Below, piece after piece: positions 39,428-50,202 of a stretch of DNA of 64,000 nucleotides; within the stretch, counting starts at the first letter, position 1, and the number at the start of each line of letters is the position of its first letter. The notes below the pieces were generated by a model. That model saw only the letters and a list, made by a program, of their open reading frames with translations, had not been told where the DNA came from and made no database searches. The position numbers and the translations under genes were made by a program. Source of the DNA: Takakia lepidozioides (lineage: Eukaryota > Plantae > Bryophyta); NCBI GenBank assembly GCA_030704615.1, contig CM060731.1, positions 26,164,001 through 26,228,000 on the forward strand, written 5' to 3'.

Positions 39428-40235
39428 CTGGGCACATACCACCTCGGAAGTGGTTGTGGGTTCAATCCACCCTTGGTGTCACAAAAGTGTCCACCTTCCT
39501 AGCAGAGACAAAGGTGTCCACCATTGTTGGTCGGTTATCATTTTTTTCAAAGCTCATGAGGTTCATGTTATACAATTGACTTACATAGTAATAACCTCTA
39601 GTTCTAGGTGAAATATGCAAATTGAATGAAGGTTATTTGCAGGTTACGGTTATGAAATTTTGAATAATATTTGTGGTCAGGTTATTTGCCAATAAACAAA
39701 TCATAACCTGCGGTGATATTTCAAGTCGGGTCTTTGTAATTACCGAAATATAACTTGCTTACCGTAGGATATAATTGAAGTACTCTAAGCAGGCTGCAGA
39801 ACCTATCGCTCAGGTTCAATGTGTCGTTACAATGTGCCGTTTCAACTTCAATGTACAGTATAGACACTTCGACACCAAAAGAAAATTACTATTTGTCGTG
39901 AAACCATGGCTACCATAACCGCTTCCGTCATGTTAAAAAATATCCGGATCGGTTCTATGTCTTCAGATGCTATTCACTCACAGGTTCAGGGTGTTTCACC
40001 GGGTATTTGAGTTGTACAGTATTGGCGGTGTTCAGTGTCCACGGTTCTCTCTTATGCTCGTAACCTCAGGCTATAGTTACCCTTACCGTGCAAATAACCT
40101 GTAATTAACCGGGTGGGTCCTTGATAACCGACCAACACTGTTGTCCAGTGTCCACCTTCACCTTCGGGGTGAAGAGACACCATAATTTACGCTTCCGTCG
40201 AGAGGCGTCGGATAAATAAATAAATAAAATAAATC
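39428..40235 (+). mobile_element. tRNA-type SINE-like element with (AAAT)n tail, interrupted by a MITE
   Basis: GGCACATACCACCTC..AAGTG.TTGTGGGTTCAATCC (B box)...TTGGTGTCACAAA...GACACCATAATTTA, then ATAAATAAATAAATAAAATAAA. A second copy lies at about 22722-22830. Confidence 0.55.
39522..40140. mobile_element. hAT-family MITE, 619 bp
   Basis: 19-bp TIRs CATTGTTGGTCGGTTATCA / TGATAACCGACCAACACTG. Flanks are GTGTCCAC (left) and TTGTCCAGTGTCCAC (right). Confidence 0.85.
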
Positions 40236-40610
40236 CATCCAATGCTCTCTCTAAAATTCAAGCTTTAGTAGTTCGTAAATGGTGCACAAAAAATAACTAT
40301 CTTTGGTAATTTTATAAATTTAAAAAAAAAACTGAACCCCTTAAATTGTTAAATTAAACAATGAATAAAGAGGGGGATCAGAGTCGGCAAGCTCCGCATT
40401 CTCCGCTGTGTGGGGAATAGGACTTGGCAGTTTTTGCTGAGCTTTCGTTGACGGCCGACTCCGCTAGGCGGCCCTATCCTCGTCTTGTCTTCGCCTTCGT
40501 CTTCCATCTTCCTGCCCCGTTTTCCATCTTTCCTCACTCTCTTTCTCTCTTCTCATCTCCGCGCCCTTACCATCCTTCCTTTGATGGATCATTCCTTTCT
40601 TCAAAGCTTG

Positions 40611-40700
40611 GCCCACCCCCAAAAGAGGGCAATAGCCGCAAGGTGAAGTGGCTCTTAGTTACGTCGGCTTCGGTCGGAGTCCTCTCTCTCTCTCTCTCTT
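40611..40700 (+). mobile_element. Short retroposon (SINE-like) with (TC)n tail, copy 2
   Basis: Homologous to 5680-5768; flanked by TTCAAAGCTTG / TTCAAAGCCTTG. Confidence 0.7.
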
Positions 40701-41943
40701 TTCAAAGCCTTGCGATGGCGTGGCGTTGGCGTTGGCGTTTTCTCAATGATCACCTGTGCGAGTGTTCAAACACCATTGTGTTTAATCAGTAGAAGGTTGT
40801 AGGTAGACACATCCCCTCTGCTTCCACTGTAAGTACTGACTTGAAGAGCATTTGAAGCAAGCTCAAGGAGTTAAGAAGTACCAGACAGATGTGTGGGTTA
40901 ATAGTGAGGATGTGCGAGGTGAATAGCAGGTTTCCATATATGCTATAGATGTCAATATGGTAAATAAGTATACCAGAGAAATTCACAAAACTTTAGTTCA
41001 TCAAATTGCAAGTCTGTGGATTCAAGGTATAGATAAATCCCTGTTTCTTGACTTTTTATACACCACATAAGGGTTTCAGGGTTACCAAGTATATAGAATA
41101 TTCCAAACCATGTGGTAATCCAAACCAAGTTTTAGAATTCAAACCATGTATCAGTCCAAACCAGGTTTAGATTTCACCAATTCTGTAATCATCTCCATCA
41201 TCAATGAGATCTAGATTGCGGATTCTATTACATGACTTTCTGTCTCAGGTCCTGGAGATATTCCTGGATGTGGCCACGAGAGTTCCTCAAAAAGTCGCCT
41301 GACGCGCAGTGTGGCTCTCCTGAGTCATATTTGACTAGTGGATAGCCGAGTTTCTTCCTTTGTTCCCCATCTCCTATACTAGTGTATCATATTCTGTGGC
41401 AGTAGTACTACATGTAACAGTCACATTTGCAAGAAATATAACTTCAGATGACTTCTCCTGTGATGCCAATCGTTACAGTCTTGGAAGCGTTTCCAGACCA
41501 ACTAATTATCCAGCTTAATGCCAAGCTGCATATAAGGTGAAGACAAGTCCTCCTTGGACATTTACAAATATAGTACAAGCTTTCTGGTTGGGCACATGGG
41601 AAGACCATATAGTGCAAATCCAGTAAGAACCAAACCCAAGTTTAGAATCCAAACCAGGTATTGCTCCAGGTCATGTACATCATCAAAAATAAAAGACCTT
41701 GCAGGTCTGAAGAAGCTGGGGCCGTGATATATCTCCCTTGCTCTTGAAAAAACTCCCAAACATCAAACTATGAAGAGTCAATGTAGACCGTGTAACTCCA
41801 CTCGGGGTTACACAGAATGGAGTGTAACTTCACTCGGTGTAACTCACACTTGGTCTCGAAATTTGACTATGTCCAAATTTGGCTAAGTATAAACTGGACT
41901 GACCAGAGTTAGATGAGAAACCGGGGTTACAGAGGGTTACAAC

Positions 41944-43764
41944 CAGTGTTGGGCGGTTATCAGGTTTTCGTGAGCTCCTCCGGTGCGGGTTCTTTGCCAA
42001 TTGCCCCTTCTTTAGAACCTCCGGAGGCGGTTAAATGGACAAAAGAAAAAATTAAATAACCTGCCGGAGGCGGTTCTTTGATGTTTTCAAAAAACCCGGT
42101 TAAGTTCAATTCCGGTTATTAAAGACCTTTGCACAGGCGGTTTTTTGAACCGGATCTGGAAGTTCAATATACTTCATAACCGGTAGATAACCGGCGGTCC
42201 TTAAAACGGTTATATTGCGGTCATGTAAATGAACTATTTATAAAATAAAAATTTACATACATTGAAATGATGAAAATATTACAAACAAAACTTAAATAAA
42301 TGCCAAGCATGGATTGACCAGCCATGCAAGATGGTTAGCCCTTGAAACTGGATCATCCAGATGATCAATAATGGACATCTTAGTTACCAGATTGGTTTCA
42401 TATAGATTTTTTCATTATGTAGGGTAAGTTATTCAATGATTTGAAGAAATATTATGGCATCCATCAATACTTTCTTCACATACACTGATTTTTGTATATC
42501 CTACACACTCTAGGCAGCTACCATAATCCCATGGCAAGGATTTTCATTGTAGAGCCTTCTTCTTGCTTCAGATTTTTGTCAAGACAAAGCAGCCAAAAAA
42601 CCCAATCAGCACATATAATTTTAATATAAATGGATAGATTGCTAATCAACATTGTAAACTAGAAAAAGTGAAATGAATCTTACCATTAGCACAACACTAG
42701 AAAGTCTCATCGCCCTCGGGAAATTCCTCGCGTTCAACTTCATCATCAAATTCCTCGTCAAGCTGCTCTTCCAATTCATCCTCAAGTTCCTTCATATCAG
42801 CCAGGACTTTGAAACTCTTGCAACCCTCTCTCGAATCATTAGGCCAATTTTTTGCAACAAAGATCATCTTGTCAAGATTGTTTGTTTGCAAACGACAACG
42901 ACGTAAAGCAGTGAGGATTCCAGCAATAGAAAATATTCGTTCTGTCTCAATTTGGCTGCCAACAATTCCCAATATCTGCCGAGCCAGATGACCAATAGTT
43001 GGAAACTTTAGTTCATGAGGCCTCCACCAGGTCAGAGGGTTACTGCAATTCTCTACATCAACTGCAAAACGTCGGAACAAAGCCAATTCTCGGATGACAA
43101 TGTCTTTGGTCGTTTTAGCCGTTGTTTCGGAGGTCGTGAATAAATCATGAGTGTTGCCATGCACTCGACCACAATCACTTTCCAAGGGGCTAGATGGTAC
43201 CAAAGCTTGGAAACATGCGAGAAGCAAAGGATGTAAAGATTTTGTGTCATATTCTTCCACGATTCGGAGGGCCACCTCTCGGCCTACATACTCTGAAACC
43301 AAAGCCATGCCCTTGAAGCGAGGATCAAGCATCAAAGCAAGCATATTATGGGCTTTTAACTTGTCGTACTTATGCATGAAAGCCAAGAAAGGTGACAAAA
43401 CACCAATCACTTCTTTCTTCATTGCAACACTCAAATCAGCCAACTCCCGGTCAAAGCCATTGGTTTGTGAGGCTTCGACAAACCTATTTTCAATCGTAAT
43501 CGTTGCACACTCTCGCTGGAATTGCAACGACATGGTTACTGCCACATTCAAAGCGTCGGTGAGCAACCAATGGCCTCGACTTTGGTTGAGCACGCAACTA
43601 GTGACAACATGAGATAATGTTTTCACAACAGCCCCAGCAATAGCCCAAGTTTTACCGGTGGGAACTCGAGCTTGCAAGACCAATGTTTGACGGCTGTAGC
43701 ATAAATTGATGGCAGTTCGGAAACGTAGAGCATCCTCAAACATCAACACCCTACTTGCAAACCT
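41944..43764 (-). mobile_element. Truncated autonomous-type hAT transposon (3' TIR plus transposase C-terminus)
   Basis: TIR CAGTGTTGGGCGGTTATCA at 41944 with subterminal ACCG/CGGT motifs. The transposase frame is cut at RFASRVLMF (about 43764). Confidence 0.88.
42697..43764 (-). CDS. hAT transposase, C-terminal ~355 aa including dimerisation domain
   Basis: MLALMLDPRFK and NPLTWWR..E.KFPTIGHLARQILGIVGSQIETERIFSIAG..TALRRCRL, hallmarks of the hAT dimerisation domain with the catalytic E. Confidence 0.92.
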   Translation of the reverse strand, partial: RFASRVLMFEDALRFRTAINLCYSRQTLVLQARVPTGKTWAIAGAVVKTLSHVVTSCVLNQSRGHWLLTDALNVAVTMSLQFQRECATITIENRFVEASQTNGFDRELADLSVAMKKEVIGVLSPFLAFMHKYDKLKAHNMLALMLDPRFKGMALVSEYVGREVALRIVEEYDTKSLHPLLLACFQALVPSSPLESDCGRVHGNTHDLFTTSETTAKTTKDIVIRELALFRRFAVDVENCSNPLTWWRPHELKFPTIGHLARQILGIVGSQIETERIFSIAGILTALRRCRLQTNNLDKMIFVAKNWPNDSREGCKSFKVLADMKELEDELEEQLDEEFDDEVEREEFPEGDETF

Positions 43765-44918
43765 ACACCCTCCCCATAGATACTACATCAAAATTCAACG
43801 AGTGACCACATAACAAATACCATGAACAATTAATGGTGACCACAATATTGCAGGAAAATTGATTAGGTTATAAACAATAAACAACCAGATTACAAAACAT
43901 AATTCTAACCAGATTACAGTAATATTAATAGTGATGACCGGATTATCAGAGGTAGCCTATACTATATGCGCACACAAATGTATGCATATGGAGGAATGTA
44001 TGCGTGCATACAAATTTTAGATATGCATAGGAACAATTTTATATGCACAACACTTAAATAAGGGTACCCCAAAAAAAAAAAAAAAAAAATTGTGATTCAT
44101 CTAATCTTAGGGTCCATAGTCAAAATATCAAAGGACGGAATAAGAATATTCTATATAGAATATTCCATATTCATTGTATTATTATTCCACATGGATGAGT
44201 GTAGGAATGGGAGAGGAACATGTTGCTTTTATGGCTTTCCAACATGAGAAAAAAGGTCGAAAAGTTAAAAAGTGACGAGGCACGGCTCCTTGTTAGATAC
44301 AAATGGTGAAGGTACGGGCTCTTCCAATTGGTGGGAGTCTAGTTTGAAGTTCAAAATGGAGCAATGCTAAGGGAATGCTAGGGAGCTTGACAATGTGATG
44401 GAGATGGTCCGCCTGCGCATTTGGGTAGTAAATGGCGATGGCCCGCAAGGAAATTCAATTTTACAAAAAAGACTATTGATTGGTAATCGAACCCGCAATC
44501 TCATAACTTAAAAAACATAATCCTTACCAAACCACCACCCATTTAATCTTGTTACATAGGTTTTGCAGTATCTATATATCTATCTTCTGAAACATTTTTA
44601 TTTTACAAAAACATAATGTCCATCAGAGATAGAACCCACAACCTATCGGGTATCAAGCCTAGTTCATACCACTACACTACCCATTCAGACTTCAAACACT
44701 AATGAAATGAAACACTAATGAGATAAAGATAGTCACCCTGTGTGTACATAACATGCCACAATACTCATAAGGGTTGATCTTACTAATGATGAAATTTGAT
44801 AGTGCTGAAGTGCATGTCGAACTTGCATTCAGGTAAAGAGATCTATGAAATGCAGTAGAGATTTTATATCCTCATCATCCGGCTATTGACTCCTACATTT
44901 TCTGTATGTTGTTTGCAG

Positions 44919-45570
44919 TTGCCAGGAACTTGGTCTAGTGTCGTGGATGGAAAAAGCGTGCCTGTGGCTATGGACATGATCATCATGGACTGCCCAACAG
45001 GAATGCCTGTACAGGGCTGTATGGATGGTATACAGGTTCCTCCCTGGAATGCTTTTGATAAACGGTATTGGGAGTATGCATTCTCCATTGCTAATGACCT
45101 GTTGGATGACAATGGATGCTTGGTGTTCTTGCAAGGCTCTGATGATTCCCTTGCATTGGAGCTCTTTTCTTACTCCAGGGGCAGCTCTATTTCCGTATTA
45201 TCAAGGAAATATACTTGCATCAATACCACCCCTCTACACACTCAGACAGGAAAGATAAAAATCATCCCTCTTCAATATCTCATTGTTTGATGTTTCATCT
45301 TCCTACTCTCATACATATTATTAAACCATCCGGGTGCATTGTTTTTGTGGAGATGGCACGTCTAACAGACCATGTTCTTCCACGCCCATGTCCTCACCAA
45401 GCAAGGAGGACTATTCAAACTGCGTGAGTCTGGCAAAGTTGTGGACCCCCTTGCAGACCCTGTTGAGTTGGATGCCATCTACAACCACATTCCAGATGTT
45501 GCACTACCCATGCAAACTCCTCAACAAGCCTGGAGGGGTGCGCGAGACCGTAGTCCCGCCTTCATGCAAG
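44919..45570 (+). pseudogene. N-terminal/central part of a beta-class amino-methyltransferase-like gene
   Basis: After a ttgcag acceptor: MDMIIMDCPTG (motif IV-like, cf. DLIITDPPY)...VPPWN...YWEYAFSIANDLLDDNGCLVFL (cf. ..VLK.GG.L). The next exon ends AWRGARDRSPAFMQ, overlapping PWRGAWEKSPAFMQ of the 32690 fragment. Confidence 0.65.
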
Positions 45571-45736
45571 TGCACATTATCCCTTGCCACTCCCCCAAAC
45601 AAACACACACAAACTACACAAGCACTTAACACGTCTGTAGTCTCTACACCTGGAGACTCCCGTTGCGAAGAAGAGGAGGAGGCGCTGCATCTCGGCCTTA
45701 TACTATACCACCCTGAGGCAACGAGCTGTTGCGGCG

Positions 45737-48700
45737 ATGGGGAGGAAGAAGGACACTCGAGGGGGAGGCGTTGGTGGTGGTGGTGGTGGTAGAGGAAAGC
45801 TGCGGACGGAGAAGGTAAGTTGTAGTTTTGTTTTTTTTCATGACCTGCACTTAGGCATATGCGCCATCGCATAAGCCCCACCAAGCTGCTCCTAATCTAG
45901 CACCTCCGCCGGCGCAGATGCCTAAGTCACTTCAACTCTCACAAGTTTGCGAATCTCCACACATACACACAACCGTCTCCGCCGGCGGAGACAACTCATT
46001 CCCCTTGGTTTTTTCTGATGCTTGGAAGGGCTGGGCTGCCACCTCCGCCGGCGCATACCGTTGGAGCTGGGATGCTCACATGTTTCAGGAAGTGCTCCTC
46101 TACTCCCATCCGTTTATTTTTTGTATGCTCATACGTTGCTGATGCTCCGAGCGGGTTGGGCTGGCGTATCCGCCGGCGCATACCTGTGCAGCAGGGCTGC
46201 TCAAATGTTTCAGGAAGTTCTCCCCTTTTCCATCTCCTTTGTTTTTCCGCATGCTTAAAAGTTGCTGATGCTCCGAGTGGGCTGCGCTGGCATATCCGCC
46301 CGGCGCATACCCATTGAGTACATTCTTTTTTGCTCAGCTCATAGGTTTCAGGAACCTCCGCAAGCGTCTCCGCCGGCGGAGACACTTGGAGCTTGGTTTT
46401 TTTTGCATATTCCCTGTGTTACGGAAGCTCCAAAGCGCCAAGGCTGCCACCTCTGTCAACGCAGACCCGTGCAGCAGGGTTGCTCACATATTTCAGGAAG
46501 TTCTCCCCCCTTCCATCTCTTTTGTTTCTCCGCATTCTCATAAGTTGTTGATGCTCCGAGCGGGCTAGGCTGCCATATCCGCCGGCGCATACCCATTGAG
46601 CACAATCTTTTTTTGCTTAGCTCCTAGGTTTCAGGAACCTCATGCAAGCATCTCCGCCGGCGGAGATGCTTGGAGCTTGGTTTTTTGTTGTATATTCCTT
46701 GTGTTACGTAAGCTCCAAAGTGTCGAGGCTGCCACCTCCGTCGGCGCAGACGCTTGGGGAACCTTCCCTATTTTGGTTGATCGCAGTATTCAAGTATCTC
46801 AAAGCTTCTACGTTGCCACCTCCACAACTCCACATGCTTCCATAGGCCTAGTTTGATCTTTCAAGGTGCTCTTGTATGTTTGGCTACAACCTCCCTTCCA
46901 TGGTATGCGCCGGCGCATATGCTTGGAGCTCCTTGAGCAAAAATTTCTTCAAGGGCCTCAATCTTGTCAAATTTTGAGTTGATTGCACATATGTGTCATA
47001 TGCGCCGGCGTAGGTGGTCGGAGGTCCTCTGTCGGGATGCTCAGGCCTGTATTCTGCTCCAAGTTGTAAGCTTTGAAAGACAAGGATATTCATGGAATTA
47101 GTTGACTATCCAAATTCATTTGTTTTCTTCATGCAACCATGACACTGAACTGCTCTTTTTACATATTATACATTCACACATGTGCTCTTCTCATACACTG
47201 ACATCTTGAACTGTTTTGGTCTATGGAATTAGGAAATTACTACTACAACTGAAGCTGTGGAGGCCGGGACGCTTGCAACCATTATTGATGACATTGATGC
47301 AGGGAATTGGGGGGCAGATGAGTATGAAGATGATACAACATCTAGTGATCCTCTTTATCTAGATGCCAAACAGGCATATTTCTGGAAAAGAAACAAGATC
47401 TGAATGTAACTTACAGGTCCCTCCTCATTGAGGATGGAGTTATGGACATTCCATTGTGTCGCATGATTTCTATGCAGGTTGTTAGGCCGCCCTTGCCAAC
47501 GACATCCTAAAGCTTAGATGAGACTTCTATTCTGGATACCATCCAGGAGCAGCCGTGTTCTATGTTTCTGTTGAGGGATTGATGGATCTACTATAGATGT
47601 AGGTCCTGATATCATCTCTACATGGGATAGTCATTGGAAAACAGTCAATGATGAGTTTGAGAAGTATCTTGAGTCCAAGCCAAAGTTGCATCATCTTGGG
47701 GGAAGATGTTTCATGTCTGGGATGGGAATCATAGGCTTCAAGCATGGTATCCTATATCAATGAAGTTCATGGGGCCAACTTGTCAAGACATGTCTGTGTG
47801 ACAAGTTGGGTGCTCAATGCGGACATTGAAAATCGTGGTTCCCTCAGGTCCATCATGGATGGAGTGAATGTGTGAGTTTCCTTTCTATTCTTCATTTACT
47901 TTCATGTTCAATGTTGTCATGTTCTTGCTCAATGGATGTACATATACACATCTTCTTTCTAATGATCATATTTTATATGTGCAGGGCAACAGAGAGGGCA
48001 CATGTTACATCCAAATTTGTGCACTTGGTTTGCAAGGTCAATATGATTGGCCTTACACCTATCTCTGAATGGAAGAATGTATTGAGGAAAGAGCAATACG
48101 ACGAATGCATCAAGAAAGCAGGAAAGACTTGGTATAACCTAACAGTCCCATGCAATGACAGAGATTTTGTACAAGGTAACATCATGTCTTAACCAAGTTT
48201 CATTCTTTGCATCCATAGACAAGATTCACCTCTGGTTCATGTTATGAACTGTTTTGGTTCTTTTGGCAGCATGATATTGTTGAGGCCCAACGCATGGGGG
48301 GAAGCTTACAAACTTGCTGAGGGCCAAAGAGTCAAGAGGGCCTTGAAGATACAATGAGACAGGCTGGATTGAAAGCAAGGGAGCAACACAAGAGTCAGCT
48401 TGTGAAGTTGCTTCCTATTGCTGATCCAACCCTTGGAGAGGGGTTTCTCCAAGAAGTTAAACTGCATTGGTCATGTGTAAAGGCAGGATTAGAGGAAATG
48501 ACCCAAGAGAAAATGGTGAACATTGCTACCGCCCGGGTGGATCCTGAAGAAAAGGTGGAATGGCTACATATATGGAATGGAGACCAAACACTTCACGACC
48601 GTAATTTTTTTCCACCCGGGCCTATCAGTGGGCCAACACTTGATCCTTGGCTGAATAGAAGGACTTTTTGGTGGCAGGTACATATACAATCACTATCTCT

Positions 48701-49330
48701 CAATGCAATTAATTCATTTTGTTGATAACACATTAACATAGTTATTTAACTGACTGTATTTTCTGGCAGCTTCGCAAGGTTGCCTTGGCTCAGTTTGCCT
48801 TGTACACCACTCAGCTTGGCCAATTTCATGTTGCCTTTGGAGGAAGGAGAGAGTGAGAGTCTGGGAGACTACATGGATACATAGAAGATGACTCATTTCA
48901 ATGAGTTGTTTCATAGAGAGTTCTCATTGCCAAAGGGGCCATTCAGAGGCAATGATTGGGAACAACAAACAGTGGGGAGAAGGTGGTGAGACGGATTTTT
49001 ATTCAGGTACCATCTTTCCATTGCATTGTACATGGATAGTGTATACACCTTGTAAGTCAAAAATGTCTATGCTTCAAGTATTTTTCTAGTACATTGGGAT
49101 ATACATGTTTCTTAACGTGCTTGTTCAATTGTTGAACAGGTTGCATAAATATTTGTCTCCACAATAACTTTGAATGTGTTTGTATTTTAGGTACATGAGA
49201 TTTGTGCTTGTACCGAGTGACCGACTTAAGGCTGAGCCCAAGTTTCTGATGGCCTGGAAGTTTGGTGCTCAACAAGCTTCCATGTACACACCTGCAATTG
49301 AGGAAGATTGGGGTGTGGAACACCGGGAAA
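45737..49330 (+). pseudogene. Multi-exon gene with ParB/Srx-like domain (frameshifted, 3'-truncated)
   Basis: Exon 1 (45737-45814, MGRKKDTRGGG...RTEK, GTAAGT donor) splices in phase to 47233. Across 1-nt frameshifts it reads MDIPLCRMISMQVVRP.LANDILKL..DFYSGYHPGAAVFYVS...KMFHVWDGNHRLQAW(47721-47735 = DGNHR)...HVCV...IMDGVN. Further exons lie near 47985-48175, 48270-48677, 48770-49007 and 49191-49330. Confidence 0.7.
45900..47015. repeat. Degenerate tandem repeats with CGCCGGCG-cored palindromes
   Basis: Exact CGCCGGCG at 45907, 45980, 46046, 46171, 46371, 46580, 46655, 46908 and 47003, plus variants. Perfect palindromes of 18 bp (45975-45992, 46366-46383) and 28 bp (46645-46672). Confidence 0.9.
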
Positions 49331-50202
49331 GGGGGGGGGTTGGTAGACTACGTTAGTGTAGTAATGATACCGGGTTAGTCATGTAGTAATGGCAACAAGT
49401 TTAACTGAATAAAAACAGTTTATTAACAAAAAAGTAGAGGTTGCTTCATTGAATAGAGCATGGCTTGTTGGTAAGGTTGTGGTGTATTTTCCACTAGGTT
49501 GCGGGTTCAAACCTGCCCCCGCCAATGAGAGCGGGGGGAAAGGGGGGCGAGGGCCAAGGCCAAATGTGAAATGTGAACCTTTTTTATACACTCTGGCGTT
49601 ATTGCTTTTTGGACTACATGGGTTACACGTGGATCCTCAGAAGATGGTTGTACGATTGACATGTTATTTTGTGGCGGCGCCTTCATAATACAATATAAAG
49701 TAAGTGATAAAGTAACTAAATATTTTGTTATGGGTGTCTTAATCAATTTATTGGTTTTAGAGTCAATTGTCGCCACAAATACTTGTACTCATTACTCATA
49801 CATGAGCAATCAAAGAACAAATCAACATACATGTCATGGGATTTGATTGTAAATTGTGCCGTCTAGTGTGTCAGTTCATAGTTGGACGATTAATCAACGA
49901 TTGGTTGTAAAATAAATGGAAACATGCAGAGCATTTATGTTTCATATGCTCATAAGAAAGCAGTACATTGGATTCTAAGATCTCAACAACGGCGCCGTCG
50001 TCTTAAAAATAGGGGATAGTCCATTTAGTTGTTTCTGTCAGAGAATAATATGGATGGAGCACATGCCTCAAAAAATTTGGACCTTCTGGATTGATGATAC
50101 ACATAAGTAATGTAAGCCATTTAATGTATTTGCATAAGGTCTTGCAAGATGTGCGCTTTCATTCATTTTGCATCTTCTCTCAAACTTTGAGGGCATTGCC
50201 AA

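Noticed and set aside
45900-47015. CRISPR-like appearance (palindromic repeats with spacers)
   Set aside because: The spacers are themselves homologous tandem units of irregular length, there are no cas genes, and the context is a eukaryotic intron.
49455-49525. Genuine tRNA gene
   Set aside because: A- and B-box-like motifs are present, but the acceptor and anticodon stems do not pair convincingly.
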